From NCBI RefSeq assembly GCF_030028105.1, contig NC_092370.1:194166005-194230004 (forward strand): a stretch of DNA of 64,000 nt. The letters run 5' to 3'. Numbering within the stretch: position 1 is the first letter of the stretch; every line of letters begins with the position of its first letter. This document shows positions 12,420 to 24,795 of the stretch, piece by piece. The position numbers and the translations under genes are program-made. This stretch comes from Mobula birostris. Lineage: Eukaryota. Under the pieces are notes generated by a model that saw nothing but the letters and a program-made list of their open reading frames with translations, searched no databases and was not told where the DNA came from.

Positions 12420-13150
12420 ACATCATCTGCAGTTGGCATATTGCTGAAGGGCTGATACAAGCTGTAAGAAAAGTGTAATGAGAAAAACAGAAGATGGGTG
12501 GGAAAGATTACTAAACAGGAGTGGCAGAAACATCATATGAAGCTGTTTAATTTAATGTTGACAATGGAAGACTAAAGTGTATCTATTCAGAAAAAGCAAT
12601 TTACTTGAGCTTCAATAGAACATTGTTGGAGGCAAGGGACAGCAAATTTAGCTTGGAAGTGGGATGAACAATTAAAGTGACAGGAAGTCTGGAGTCATTC
12701 TTGCAGACTGAATGGAAATTTTCACCAAAATAGACAGTAAATCTCCTCTTGGCCTATTCAAAGGGGAGACCATGTTTTAAGCAGCGAAGGCTGTACGTTA
12801 TAGTCAAAAATAATAGGTAAATTGCTCTTTACTGTGGAAATATTGCTTGTGATCTTGAGAATGAGCAGAAGAGGCAGGGGATGAAATGACATATGTGAAC
12901 TCTCTTGCAGTCACACAGGATGGCACCATGGGAATGGGAAAAATGTGGTGGCAAATGAGAGGTGCATTAAAGATTTGGAGGAGAAGTACCCCTTTTGCAC
13001 TGGTGAAGGCAGAAAGGAGGGAGGTACAAATGTTCTTGGTGTTGTGATGGAGGTGCCTAAAATAGAAAAAGATGATCTAATGATTTGCAAGGATTGTGGG
13101 GAAGAGATTAAAAACAGAATTTTATCATTGGACAGATGCAATACAGTAAT
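12420..13150 (-). mobile_element. Highly decayed Penelope-like fragment (GIY-YIG region)
   Basis: Degenerate similarity by eye to the better-preserved copy at 25540-26635. Confidence 0.45.
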
Positions 13151-13508
13151 GTATGAAATGCAAGGGTGCTGCCAAGCACCCTGTCAGTGTCGGTGCAGAA
13201 ATTGCCAATATATTCAATAGCTAATTGGAAGTATTGGCGATTTCCATGCCAATACTTTCAGTTCTTTCTTTATCCTTTCATCCACTGAGGAATAAAGAAT
13301 TGGAAATATTAGCATGGACATTGTTCTTTTCAGTACCCAATATAATATAATTATTTGCATATATGTATTAGGAACTATTACACAGTTTTATAGTATTTTA
13401 GAGGTATTGGCAGTGTTCTAATTTGTTCTGTATGTCATTTAAAAACATAAATTGTGACTTAGTTAAATGGTAGTTTGTCTTTTTTTTATACCTTTTAACT
13501 ATTCCATG

Positions 13509-13646
13509 AAATAACTCTTCTCAGGCTTCAAGCTGGATTGAGGTATGCCCAGGCATCATCCCTGAGGAAGATGGCAGAGTTTGTCATCAAAACGCCAGTT
13601 ATCATTGAAACATGTACCCAGCCTGAAGCCTGAGAAGAGTTTATTT
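13509..13646 (+). mobile_element. Penelope-type inverted-terminus relic with a degenerate hammerhead core
   Basis: Inverted repeat 13509-13536 / 13618-13646. CTGAGGA (13562-13568), stem GATGGCAG/TTGTCATC, then AAAAC in place of GAAAC. Confidence 0.65.
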
Positions 13647-14243
13647 GTCATGTACGTGTGGAAAGCACTAGATTTTTTTTACTTCGATGAAATCGGCAAA
13701 TGGGGGCAGCCGCTTAATTGGGCCAAAATGTACAGGTCCCAACGTAATCCACTATATTAAACTTTTAAATAGGTGATTATGCATCTGCTGAGTTTCTGAT
13801 ATTAGGAAAGTAATCCCAACCCATTCAGACAATAGGGTTTTGGCCCAAAACGCCGACTGTACTTTTTTCCACAGGTGCTGCCTGGCCTGCTGAGTTCCTC
13901 CAGCATTTTGTGTGTGTTGAACCACTGTATTAGAATAGAAACCTAGAAACGCAACAGGTCAAGCGTCTGTAAAAAGAGACTCAGCTAACATTTTTGGGTC
14001 TGGTACACTTCGCCGAGAGATCATTCACAGAAAAAAAATTACCGAGGTTGTCACTGTTATTTTGAGATTGCAGGCATCCATTGTTGACATCTTTCCAAGA
14101 AGAAGCATTCCAAAAGGATGCAAGAATATATCAGCATCTTTCAATTCGGCCACAGGCAAAAATGTAAATGATACAACATAAAGACTGATCAGAGAGCATG
14201 CTTCAATTTTATGCTTTCAATTACTTGAACCAAACACAGTACA

Positions 14244-15859
14244 CAGGTTTCGCCTGCCATCCGTAGGTAGGGCGTTCCTATGAAACGGTTTGTAAGCTGG
14301 AATGTCATAAAGCGAAGAAGCAATTACCATTTATTTATATGGGAAAGATTTGTGAGCGTTCACAGACCCAAAAATAACCTACCAAGTCATGCCAAATAAC
14401 ACATAAAACATAAAATAACAGTAACATATAGTAAAAGTAGGAATGATATGATAAATACATACCCAATATAAAGTAGAAATACTTTTCTACAATCATTGCT
14501 GCACTGTTCTCTATAGCAAAAATCTCACGCAAGCGCGCTCGGCAGAAACACTCTCTCCAGTAACCTTTAAGCTATGAAGCTGCCAAATCATACCAAATAA
14601 CGCATAAAGATACACAGTCCATATAAAGTAGAAATAATGTAGGTACAGTGTAATATCACTTACCGGAATTGGGAAGACAGCGCCTAGCACGCTGGTAATG
14701 GTGTGTAAGGCTGAGTCGGCAGAGGTTGGGGTGATGCAGTGGTCCCCAACTTCCAGGCTGCCGACTGATACCGATCCATGAAGAATGCAGTGGTACAGCA
14801 GTAGCCGGGACGCACCCAGCACATCTTTAAGAAAAAAGCCGAAATAAACAAGCTAATTATTTAGGTGCCGCCCGGCACGTAAATGCCAGCCCAGATCAGA
14901 GGCGATGCAATTGGCAATCGCCTCTGATCTGGGCTGCCAATTATGTGCCGGGCGGCACTTAATTAATGAGCTTGTTTATTTCGGCTTTTTTTCCTTAAGG
15001 ATGTGTTGGGTGCGTCCTGGCTAACGCTGCATTCTCCGCGGCAATGTATCGGTCCGCGGCCCAGAGGTTGGGGATGAGGGACACTGAGGTGTCATCTCAT
15101 TGTCTTCTATTTCCATCAGGGCAGGTAGGTCATCTTCTACTATCTCTGCCTGCCTCGATGTCGAAGGTCGAGGTTCGTCGTCTGCTGTGGAAGGCTTGAA
15201 AAATGACTGCTTCGCCTTGTGCATTTTTCTATCATACAGTTCTTTATAAGCACTCAAACCACCTTGCAAATATGCCCTAAACTGATGTACCCTTTCAAAA
15301 TTAAAGTTGTACTTTTCTGCAATCATTGAAGCGAAAATCTCACACAGTTGTTTCATGTTCAGTTCCTGGATGACTTCACTTTTGGTCCGTTCGTTACTGC
15401 ATTCGGTTTCGATGGTTATCCTTTCCTCTTCCAATTGCATCAGCTCTTCATCTATCAGTTCTTGGTCATGGGATGCCAAAACCTCTTCAACATCATCTTC
15501 GTCAACTTCCACAAGCCAAACTCACTTTGTCCTTACTTCGTTCACCACGATCGAAGTGCTTAATTATGTCTAGTTTTACGCTAAGTGTAACACCCTTGCG
15601 AGCTCTTTCAGGCTTTTCCGATACCTTAGAATTCATCTTGCTAACTGCTGCTCACAGGCACGTGTTTAAGCAATGCCAGCTGGAATGCAGTTCCGGGGGA
15701 GGAGCTTGGCTGCTCGGGGCATGCGCTGCTTTTATCGCATGCTGCCTTTTTTCGTAACGGTGAAAACACCTTCTGTTAGCGAAAACAGGTAACTAATGTA
15801 GGTCTTTTGTAACAGTGAAGTTTCTTAAAGCGAACGTTCGAAAAGCAGGGGGACACCTG
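14244..15859 (-). mobile_element. Internally deleted Tigger/pogo DNA transposon
   Basis: Imperfect CAGGT..CCTGC TIRs with TA on the right flank. The N-terminal HTH-psq segment MNSKVSEKPERARKGVTLSVKLDIIKHFDRGE (from 15636) is joined to the Tigger-like C-terminus EVDEDDVEEVLASHDQELIDEELMQLEEE; the DDE core is missing. Confidence 0.8.
14737..15086. mobile_element. Palindromic MITE, hAT/Charlie-like termini, inside the Tigger
   Basis: CAGTGGTCCCCAAC...GTTGGGGA..CACTG ends; near-complete inverted symmetry about ~14910. Confidence 0.7.
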
Positions 15860-18221
15860 TACCAACAACTTGAACTTGCATGAGATGTTAGCTCGTAATC
15901 ATGAACCACATGCAAAATCAGCATGTTGAAGGTCCCAGATGTTGTTCTAGTACGCACTGGGAAATAAACCAAACGACCAGGTAGTAGTGTCCAGGAAGTG
16001 AAGTGACAGGAGTATGCACTCTGTTCCTCCTAACGAAAAACAAAATATTTAATTTGGCTCAGAACTTCAGCTGTTTATTCCGTTCCATAAATACTGTTTG
16101 ATCTGTTGAGTTCCTCCAGTAAATCGTATCTTGACCTGCAGCAGCATGTTTCCATTCAGCCAGTGAGGACTCAGAAAAATATGAACAGAAAAGGCTGGAG
16201 CACTGAGTAATTTAGATCAGATCTGTGGAAGGGGAAGCAGGATAAATATTTCAGGTTCAAGATCCTGGAAGCATGAGGAAACAAGTTCTGCACTGCAGAG
16301 AAAGTGTGTGAGGGGTGAGTAGGACAAATAGAGTATCTCTGACTGAGGGGGGCCATGGTTACCCCAGGTGATCTCCATGTTGACTGGCTAAGTGTTACCA
16401 TCATTTTCTCTTCTTTATTTTAGATTTCCCACATTTCTTTTTAATTTATAGAGCATGGTATATGTAAGCTACCTCTTGCTCAGCGTAATGCAAAGATTGT
16501 AAGTAAATATTAAATCCATCTTCCTTTACCGTCTACCATCTATGGGTCAGATGACAAACCATCTTCTTCCAAAGCCTCTTCTCTATTTTCTAGAGGAGAG
16601 TAATAGAATTTCATTGGCCCCACTCTTTTCTACAGAGTCAGAGCAAGAAACTAACTTGAATTAATTGTAGGACATAGAACAATACAGCACAGACACAGGC
16701 CTTTTGGCCGACAATGTTGTTCTGAACCAAATAAATCAGTAATCAAAAGGTTAACTATATTAATCTCTTCTGCTTACACAATATCCTCCCATATTCCTCC
16801 CATTCATGTGCCCACCTGTGCTTACCTAAATGTCTCTTAAAAGCCTCCATTGTAATTTCCTCAGGAAGTGCATTCCAGGCACCACCACTCTTTGTGTAAA
16901 AACCTACCCCCCACATTTTCCTTGAAATTACCCCTTCTCACCTTAAATGCATTCCTTCTGGTTTAGGCATTTCAACCCTGGGAAAAAGATATTGTCCATC
17001 TACTCTATCTATGCCTTTCATAATCTTATAAACCTGCCAGATCTCCTCATAGTCTCCTCCACTCCAGAGAAAACAAAGAAAGTTTGTCCAACCTCATGTT
17101 ATAGCACATGCCCTCTAGTCCAGGCAACTTCTTGGTAAACCTGTTCTACATCCTCTTCAAAGCCTCAATATCCTTCCTATAATGAGGCAACCAGAACTGT
17201 ATGCTATACCCCAGAAGCAGCCTAACTAAAATTTTATAAAGTTGCAACATAACTTCCTGACATAGAACGTAATGCCTTTACTAATAAAGGTAAGCATGCC
17301 ATACAGTTTGCTTTCTTAAGCATCTTATCAACCTGCATAGCCACTTTCAGGCAGCCATGAACTTGGACGCCAAGATCCCTCTGCTCATCAACAGTTGAGG
17401 ATCTTGCCCTTAACAGTGTACTTTTTTTTTGCATTTGACCAACCAAGGTGCAGCCCTTCATATTTGGCTGGGTTAAATTCCATCTTCCATTTTTCCACCC
17501 ATATCTGCAACTGGTCTATATTGTGTTGTACTCTTTGCCAGTCTTCTACGCTATCCACAACACCACCAATCTTTGTATCATCTGCAAGCTTATGCATCAC
17601 AGCAGCAGAGGTCCCGGTATGGATCCCTGCAGAAAACCATTAAGTTAGAATGTCCCTTCAACCACCACTCTCTGTCTTCCATGGGCAAGCCAATTCTAAA
17701 TCTAAATGGCCAATTTACCATGGATCCTATGCATCTTAATCTTCTGGATGGGCCTCCCATTAAGCACCTTGTCAAATGCCTTCCTAAATCCAAGTAGACA
17801 ACATCTGCAGCTCTACCTTCATTAATCATCCTCATCAGTTTGTCAACAAACTCAATCAAGTTAGTAAAGCACGACTTACCACTCACAAAGCCATGCTGTC
17901 TCTCCCAAATTAGGCCATGGTTTTCCAAATGATCTTAAGTCCTATCCCCGAGATTTATCTCCACTAATTTCCTTACTACTGATGTGAAGCTCACCGATCT
18001 ATAGTTTCTAGGATTATCATTGTTCCCTTCTTGAATAATGGAGCAACATTAGCTACTCAGTCCTCTGGGACCTTTCCTGTTCCTAAAAAGGACAAAAGGA
18101 TATTGATCAAGGCCCCAGAAATCTCTTCTCTTACCTCTTTCAATAACCAGGGGTATATCCCATCTGGGCCAAGGAATTTATCTACCTTAATGCTCTTTAG
18201 GAGCTTCTCCTTTCCCTTGAA

Positions 18222-19019
18222 ATGCCATAGTACATCAATATAGATAGCGCTGTAAATGGTTACATCCTGACACACGGGACAGAAGCAAGGTCGCATTGTG
18301 TATTCCAGGGACCAGCTTTTTTGCGCTAATGCCAGCCGGTTTAGCGAACAGAGTGGCGGACGCCCCGGCTGAAATCTGGAGGAAAACACACAGAGGATGC
18401 AGAGGGGGATCACAAAGGTAAGGAAAGAGGACCGGGTCAAGACAACAGAGACTTATGGAGAAGAGGAGTTCAGTGGGTAATAAAATGGACGAGTTCACTG
18501 CGCTAGCCAGGTGTCAGAGAACATTTCAGGAGTGCAGTGTTACGCGTTTCACTGGAACGGGGCTGCACGAGGACATACCCGATCAAAACATTTCCATGGA
18601 CGGCTTCTAGACCGTTCTGGCTGACCAGAAGTGCACTGAGAGCAGTAAGCATAAAGGAGTTGGGTGCTTACTATTCTGGTTAACAACGGATGGTGCAATC
18701 CGGGCCATATTACGATCGAGGAACGTGTTTGTAGACCGGATATTGAACTTTTTACTGTTGGACTTCGGCCATATTCCACCGAGATACAACACTGGGCGGC
18801 ACGGGAGGTTGTTCCTGCCTGTGGCCATCGAACTTGCAGCTCCTCCCGTGGAGGGTCAAACACCCTGAGCCAATAGACTGGTCCTGGACTTATTTTCCAT
18901 CTGGCATAGTTTGCATTTTGTTGTTTGATCGGTTGTGGTTTTTATATTGCTATATTTACGCTCTATTCTTGGTTGGTGTGGCTGTAATTTCGGGATCAAT
19001 AAAGTATATCTATTTATCT
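18222..19019 (+). mobile_element. Internally deleted Rex1/L2-group LINE (5' end and APE start fused to 3' end)
   Basis: IVYSRDQL and GNKMDEF...VNNGWCNPGHITIEERVCRPDIELFTVGLRPY are joined at ~18772 to ...FLPVAIE...GGSNTLSQ and an AATAAA tail like that at 6170-6415. Confidence 0.75.
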
Positions 19020-19389
19020 TCACTCATCTCCCTCTCCTTCTCATCGTTCTCCTTGATAAATACTGATGTGAAGTACTCAGTAAGGACTTCACCCACAACC
19101 TCAGCATCCAATCAAGTGATCTCTCCTTTATCTTTGAGTGTTCCTACCCTCTCCCTAGTAATCCTCTTGCACTTTATGTATGTATGGAATGCCTTGGAAT
19201 TCTATTTAATATTACTTGGCAAGGAAACCTCATGGCCCTTAATGGCTTTCCTGATTTCCTTCTTGAGTTCTTTTCTTGGCTTATTTATAATCATCAAGGG
19301 CTCTGCTTGATTCTTGCTTCATAAGTTTTACATACATTTCCTTTTCCTCTTTCATCACCTCTCTTGACATCCAAGGTTTTCTTACCTTC

Positions 19390-19850
19390 AAAATTCAACA
19401 TAAATTTATTTTCAGTATCATATACATTCTTGAGATTGATTTTTTTGGACATTCATTATAAATTCAATAAACACAACGGAGTCAATAAAAGACCATAACC
19501 AATGTGCAAGAGACAACAAATTGTGCAAATACAAAATGAAAAATAATAAATAAGCAATAAACATCAAGGCCATGAGATGAAGAGCCCTAGTTTGTGGGAA
19601 CAGTTCAGTGATGGAAAAAGTGAAGTTGAGTGAAGATATCCCCTCTGGTTCAAGAGCCTAATGGCTTATGGGTAATAATTGTTCCAGTACCTGGTGGTGA
19701 GAGTCCTGTGGCTCCTGTACCTTTTTTTCCTGAAGTTAGCAGTGAGAAGAGAGTATGGCCTGGGTGATAGGTGTCCCTGATGCTGGATGCTGCTTTCCTG
19801 TGACAGTGCTCCATGTAGATGTGTTCAACGGTGGGGAGGGCTCTACTCAT
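19390..19850 (-). mobile_element. Rex1/L2-group LINE 3' fragment
   Basis: RKAASSIRDTYHPGHTLFSLLTSGK motif. Confidence 0.75.
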
Positions 19851-22689
19851 GATGAAAGGTTTTCAATTCAAGCCATCCTTGTCCTTCCTTCTTACTGGAG
19901 CATACTTGTCCTGAACTCTGTGCAATTAGTCTTTAAACACCCTCCACCTATCAGATGTGGAGTTGCCCAAAAACAACTGATCCAAATTAGTTCCTGCCTA
20001 ATGCTCTCATAATTTGCCCTGCTCCAATTAAGGTCCACACTTATCCTTATCTAAAGATTTCTTAAAGCTTAAGGAGTTGTTGTCTCTGTTCCCTAAGTGT
20101 TCACCCACTGAAAGGTCAGTCACCTGCCCCGGCTCATTACCCCCTTCTTGTTGGACATTCTACATATTGATTTAAGAAATCCTCCTGGATGCACCCAACA
20201 AATTCTGCCCCAGCTTATGCATTTGCACTAAAAAGATCCCAGCTTATACTGGGGAAGTTGAAGCCCCCATGACAACAATCTTATTTGTTTTTTACAAGTT
20301 TCTTTAATCTGCCTGCACATCTGATCCTCAATGTCCTGGTGGCTATTGGGGTTGGGTCTGTCCTACAATCCCATCAGAGTGATTTCACCCTTCCTATTTT
20401 TGAGTTCTACCCATACAGACTCGGGGGATGAGCCCTCCATTATGCATCCTCTCAATACAGCAGTGATATTGTCCCAGATTAGTAGAGTAACTCCCTCACC
20501 TCATTTATCTCCCTCCCTATCTTTCCTAAAATACCAAAAGCTTGAGATATTAAGCACTCATTGCTGTCCTTCTCTGTAATGGCCATTATATTAAAGTTCT
20601 ATTTGTTGATCCATGCTCTAAGTTTATCACCTTTATTCTGCATTAAAATATACACACTGCAAACTATCTGTCCCATCATAACTATTACTTTACAGTAATA
20701 GATCTATTCTTCATACCTATTATTTTTACTCACACTGGTGTCTACCTTCCTCTCAGTCCTTCTACTCTTTGATCTGGTTCTCTGGTTCCCATCCCCCACC
20801 AAACTATTTTAAACCCTCCCAAGTAGCACTAGTGAACCTCCTGGCCAGGGTTTTGATCCCCCTCCAGTTTAGGTGCAGCCAAATCCATTTGTACAGGTCA
20901 CCCATGCCCCAGAAAACGTTCCAATTATCCAAGAATCTGAACCCTTGCCTGTTGCACCAGTTCCTCAGCTAGCCACTCATCTGTACTATCATCCTATTCC
21001 TGCCCTGACTAGCATGAGGCACCAAGAGTAATCCAGAGATTACAACCTTAGATGCCCTGCCCTTCAGCCTCTTCGCTGACTCACATTCTCACTGCACAGG
21101 ACCTCTTCCCCCTTTCTAACTATATCATTAGTGCCAATGTACACTACAACCTCTGACTCCTCACTCTTCCTCTTGAGAATATTCTGTAGCTGCCCTGAGA
21201 CATCCTGGACCCTGGCACCTGAGAGGTAACACACTATCTTAGCATCTCTTTCTCAATCACAGAATTTCCTGTTTGTTCCTCTAATTATCAGGTCTCCTAC
21301 CACTTTCACTCTGCCTAAATTTACCCTTCCCTTCCGAGCCTCAGAATTGGCTACAGTGCCACTGGTATGGCTGCTGCTGCTGTGGCCTGAAAAATCATTC
21401 CCTCCCGATGTACCAAAATGGGCATACTTGCTGCTGAGGGGAATGGCTACAGGGAAACCCTTCATTAACTGCTTACTCCTCTTACTTTCTACTATTTGAA
21501 GCCTGCACACTGGGTATGACCACCTCAGTAAAAGTCTCATCTATGAGGTTTTCAACCTCTAGGAAGTGCATTCAACTCCAGCTCCACTTCCTTGACCCTG
21601 TCAGTCAGGAGCTGAAGTGTGGTGTACATCCTGCCAATGTGGTCTTCAGGACGACCATTTACCCTGAAATCCCTCGTCTCACAGGAGGAGCGCTCCACTG
21701 CCTTAACTACTACCTTGCCTACATTTGTTATACCTTTAGATCTAACTTTTAAGCTTAAATTCTATAATCAACTAAATGATTCCAAACAACTTGCATGTTT
21801 CCACCTTTCCACATCCACCATCCTTGGCATTTTCCAAAGGCATAGCCTTAAACCTTCTTATCTCAGCTCCACCCTCTATCCCTTGGCAACATTGTAAGAA
21901 AATATAATGATGGAGTATATTATCACGTTGATAACAGTCAATTCTCCATAATCACCACCTTGTTTGACTCCTCCACCGTTTCTAAATTTATCTGATAGTT
22001 TCCAGTACTGGATGAGCAGAAGTGTCTTCCAACCATATATTAGGAGGTCTGGCCGTGATAAAAATCAATCTATAGAATGCAAATAGACCGATCTGCGCAA
22101 TAATGCAAATGGCATTGCGTTTCAGTGAGCTGCAGGTACTTATTTTAACACACATGTAAATTTGAAGTCACCTCCAACGTCTTTGCAATCCAAATTATAA
22201 TACCTTGCATGGCACAAGGGCCAAGCCTGGAGTAAAGACTTTTCATGGACGGACAAAAAAGCAACTCCACAACGTAGTAGGAAAAAGCCTTGATAGCTGA
22301 CTCAGCCACTGTCCTTGGGCTTAGCAGCTGTCAAAGACTCTGACATTCAGGGAGGTTGAGAAATATTAATTCAGCAACATTTAAAGACTACTAAAATCAA
22401 CAGAAGAATTACAAATACTTAACATATTATTAAAATGTAATTTATGCCAACTTAATTCGAAAGATGTAAATAATTTTCTTACTTAACTCCTCTGCAGTCT
22501 TTCATTTCTGCTTAAATGAAAGGGCCTGTTCAAGATCTATTCTGGTTGGGGTGCACTGGGCAGCTCTGCTTGTGTAGCTGCTGGTAGATTGCAGTAAGGT
22601 GACTTTCTGCCACTGGACTCATATGAACTCATTTTTAGAGCATTACTAGGGCCTCAGGCACCTGCTAACTTCCTCCAGTAGCTTATTGT

Positions 22690-23210
22690 TTGTTTCCCTC
22701 GGGATCACGTATGATTTGCTTCCATTTGGTTTTGTAGGTTCTGAGCTGGCTGATGAGGCTCATGTGGAAACCATAAAGTGTTACACAGGTGGTACAGGAA
22801 GAGTTGAATCTATGAACAATTGTTAGTTTGCAATGTAGTGCATATCCTTCACTATTCACTCAAGGGTTCTGTACACTCCCAACACATGGACTCAAGCTTC
22901 TTAGTACCACTCAAAGTGCCACCTTTACACTTTGAATGGTTTTGAGATTCCCAGGAATTGATAGGGACATTGAAATGCTTCAAGGAACATGAACATCTTT
23001 GAATTTCTTTCCTCTGTCCAGCTGCGAATGTCTCACTGTGATTGAGCTCAAAACAGAGTGTCTATTTCAGGAACTGGCATAAAGTTTGGGAAGAATGTGC
23101 CCATCAGAACTGAGTTAATGCTTCAATGTTGGATGTGTTGACTTGGGAAAGGATGTTGGCACTAGACTGCCGATCTGTCCAGTGGGATCTTGTGTGTTTG
23201 GAAGACTATA
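22690..23210 (-). mobile_element. Decayed RTE-clade LINE 3' fragment
   Basis: Degenerate region resembling the RTE C-terminal motif (EL..G.R..GGQRK.FKD). Confidence 0.45.
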
Positions 23211-23273
23211 TTGATCTCCTTTATTAGTCTCACGTGGTGCATATTTTGTTGTAGATTTTGTATGTTTATTCAG

Positions 23274-23404
23274 ATCCTAATCACAGGGAACGTATCCTGC
23301 TGAACAGTTGGTCACACAGTGGCATTCTTCATCTTGTAGAGCTAGTGCTGATGAAATGGGCCACCTTAGAATCAGCAAATCAGGATGATTATCAGAAAAT
23401 TGCT
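23274..23404 (+). pseudogene. Candidate exon (phase 1 to 0): (D)PNHRERILLNSWSHSGILHLVELVLMKWATLESANQDDYQKIA
   Basis: Acceptor tgtttattcAG, donor GCT|GTGAGT, open frame. Confidence 0.65.
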
Positions 23405-24072
23405 GTGAGTCTATTATTTGCAGCTCCGTCCACAACAGGCAGACATTGCTACAGTAAATACCCTATCTGTTCTGGTTTACAGCAGATGTAAAACCGTATG
23501 TTGTCAGTGAGATCTTGAACAAGAAGAGGAACTTGCAATCCTTGAATGTGGTATTTATATCTGCAAAATATGTTGTTCTCTTTGAATAAAAAAATCCTCA
23601 ATAAACTCCTTTTCACTTGCTCCATAGTGGAAACAGCTGGGCATGAAATGATCATTGCTCTGGTCACCATGACAGCCACTCGACCACCTTGCGTAAGATT
23701 AAGGATACTAAAGATCAAGCTTAGCGTTTTGTGTTTCCATTATTGCAACTATTCATTTCATTCCAGAAATCCCTAATCCAAGTGCCACAAATACTATTAA
23801 TAAAATAACCATCTGGTTCTGTATCAACACAAAGGTGTCATTATCTCATACAAAATACCTACTGAACTGATAGAAAATAGAATGAAATTACAGTAGATGT
23901 GTTAGGAAATAAATGCAAGGACAATATTGTCAAGGGGAAACTGACAATATTTTAAAATAATTTTCCATTTTGTTTTTTGACATACCTAAGTAAGTGCAAG
24001 TACCCTCTCTCTTTAAACATGTATACATTTAACTATATGCTTAATTAATTAATTGATTAATTAATTAATTTG

Positions 24073-24303
24073 TGTTGGGCACGTGGCAAAGTGGTTGAGG
24101 CGTTCGTCTAGTTACCTCAAGGTCGCTAATTCGAGCCTCAGCTGTGGCAGCATGTTTGTGTCCTTGAGCAAGGCACTTAATCACACATTGCTCTAGTCTG
24201 TACGAGGAGTGTCACCCCACACAGACTTCCAATCTGCGCCTTGTATGGCATGAAAATGCCCGACGCAGGCCTCTCATGGTCTGAGTCGATGTTTCCTCCC
24301 GCT
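24073..24303 (+). mobile_element. tRNA-derived CORE-type SINE
   Basis: A box TGGCAAAGTGG, B-box-like TTCGAGCC, CORE-like TGTGTCCTTGAGCAAGGCACTTAA. TSD of ~12 bp: TTAATTAATTTG / TTAACTAATTTG. Confidence 0.75.
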
Positions 24304-24631
24304 TTAACTAATTTGAACCTGGACTGTGTTCCGACCTCATACTGTATGTGTTACATCTCCACCTGAATATCTTGGTTGCCCTCGACTTTACACACTACAG
24401 TTTATCAGAAGTACAGAGCACTATCATAAAAGCAATATAACTTTATTGGTTTGGAATTATAGCCACCACATTGCTGCAATCTTCTTTCTGACTGTGAATT
24501 ATCTGTTTTAAGAGACATTAGCTATAGTTCAGGTCAGTAAGGTAGGTTCATCAGTGTAGGTAAAAAGTGAAATCTGAAAGAAGAAACAAGTTGAACTACC
24601 AGGGATTCAGGTACTGTTCTGTGTTTCTAAG

Positions 24632-24795
24632 CAACAGAAGAGATGGAATAGTGTTGATGTTGTGGATTTTCTTGCGCAAAAGGAAACACTTTCAGCTGCA
24701 ATCTTCAACAATCATACACCTGCTAGTAATACCAGCTTCCAACATCCCAGTCCAGCTAAAAACAGGGCTCTCATTAAAAAATAGCACCAATGGAG
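24632..24795 (+). pseudogene. Candidate exon (phase 0 to 1): QQKRWNSVDVVDFLAQKETLSAAIFNNHTPASNTSFQHPSPAKNRALIK/NSTNG
   Basis: Acceptor ttctgtgtttctaAG, donor GAG|GTATGG. Needs one extra A, e.g. in the A6 run at 24776-24781. A frameshift-free alternative 24696-24795 has a weaker acceptor. Confidence 0.45.

Larger units (their letters stand above)
16671..21720 (-). mobile_element. Old, near full-length CR1 LINE (ORF1 esterase-like, ORF2 APE-RT) with two nested insertions
   Basis: LADDTKIGG, QHGFVSGKSCFTNL, GPDGIYPWLLKE and ORF1 VVGDLIIRGTNRKFC motifs; 3' end near 16671. Confidence 0.85.

Noticed and set aside
24076-24145. tRNA gene
   Set aside because: The A/B boxes belong to a SINE head followed by a CORE-like domain; no intact cloverleaf.
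24638-24715. SAM-domain-like W..VDV.DFL pattern
   Set aside because: Only the first helix pattern matches; not enough to assign a domain.
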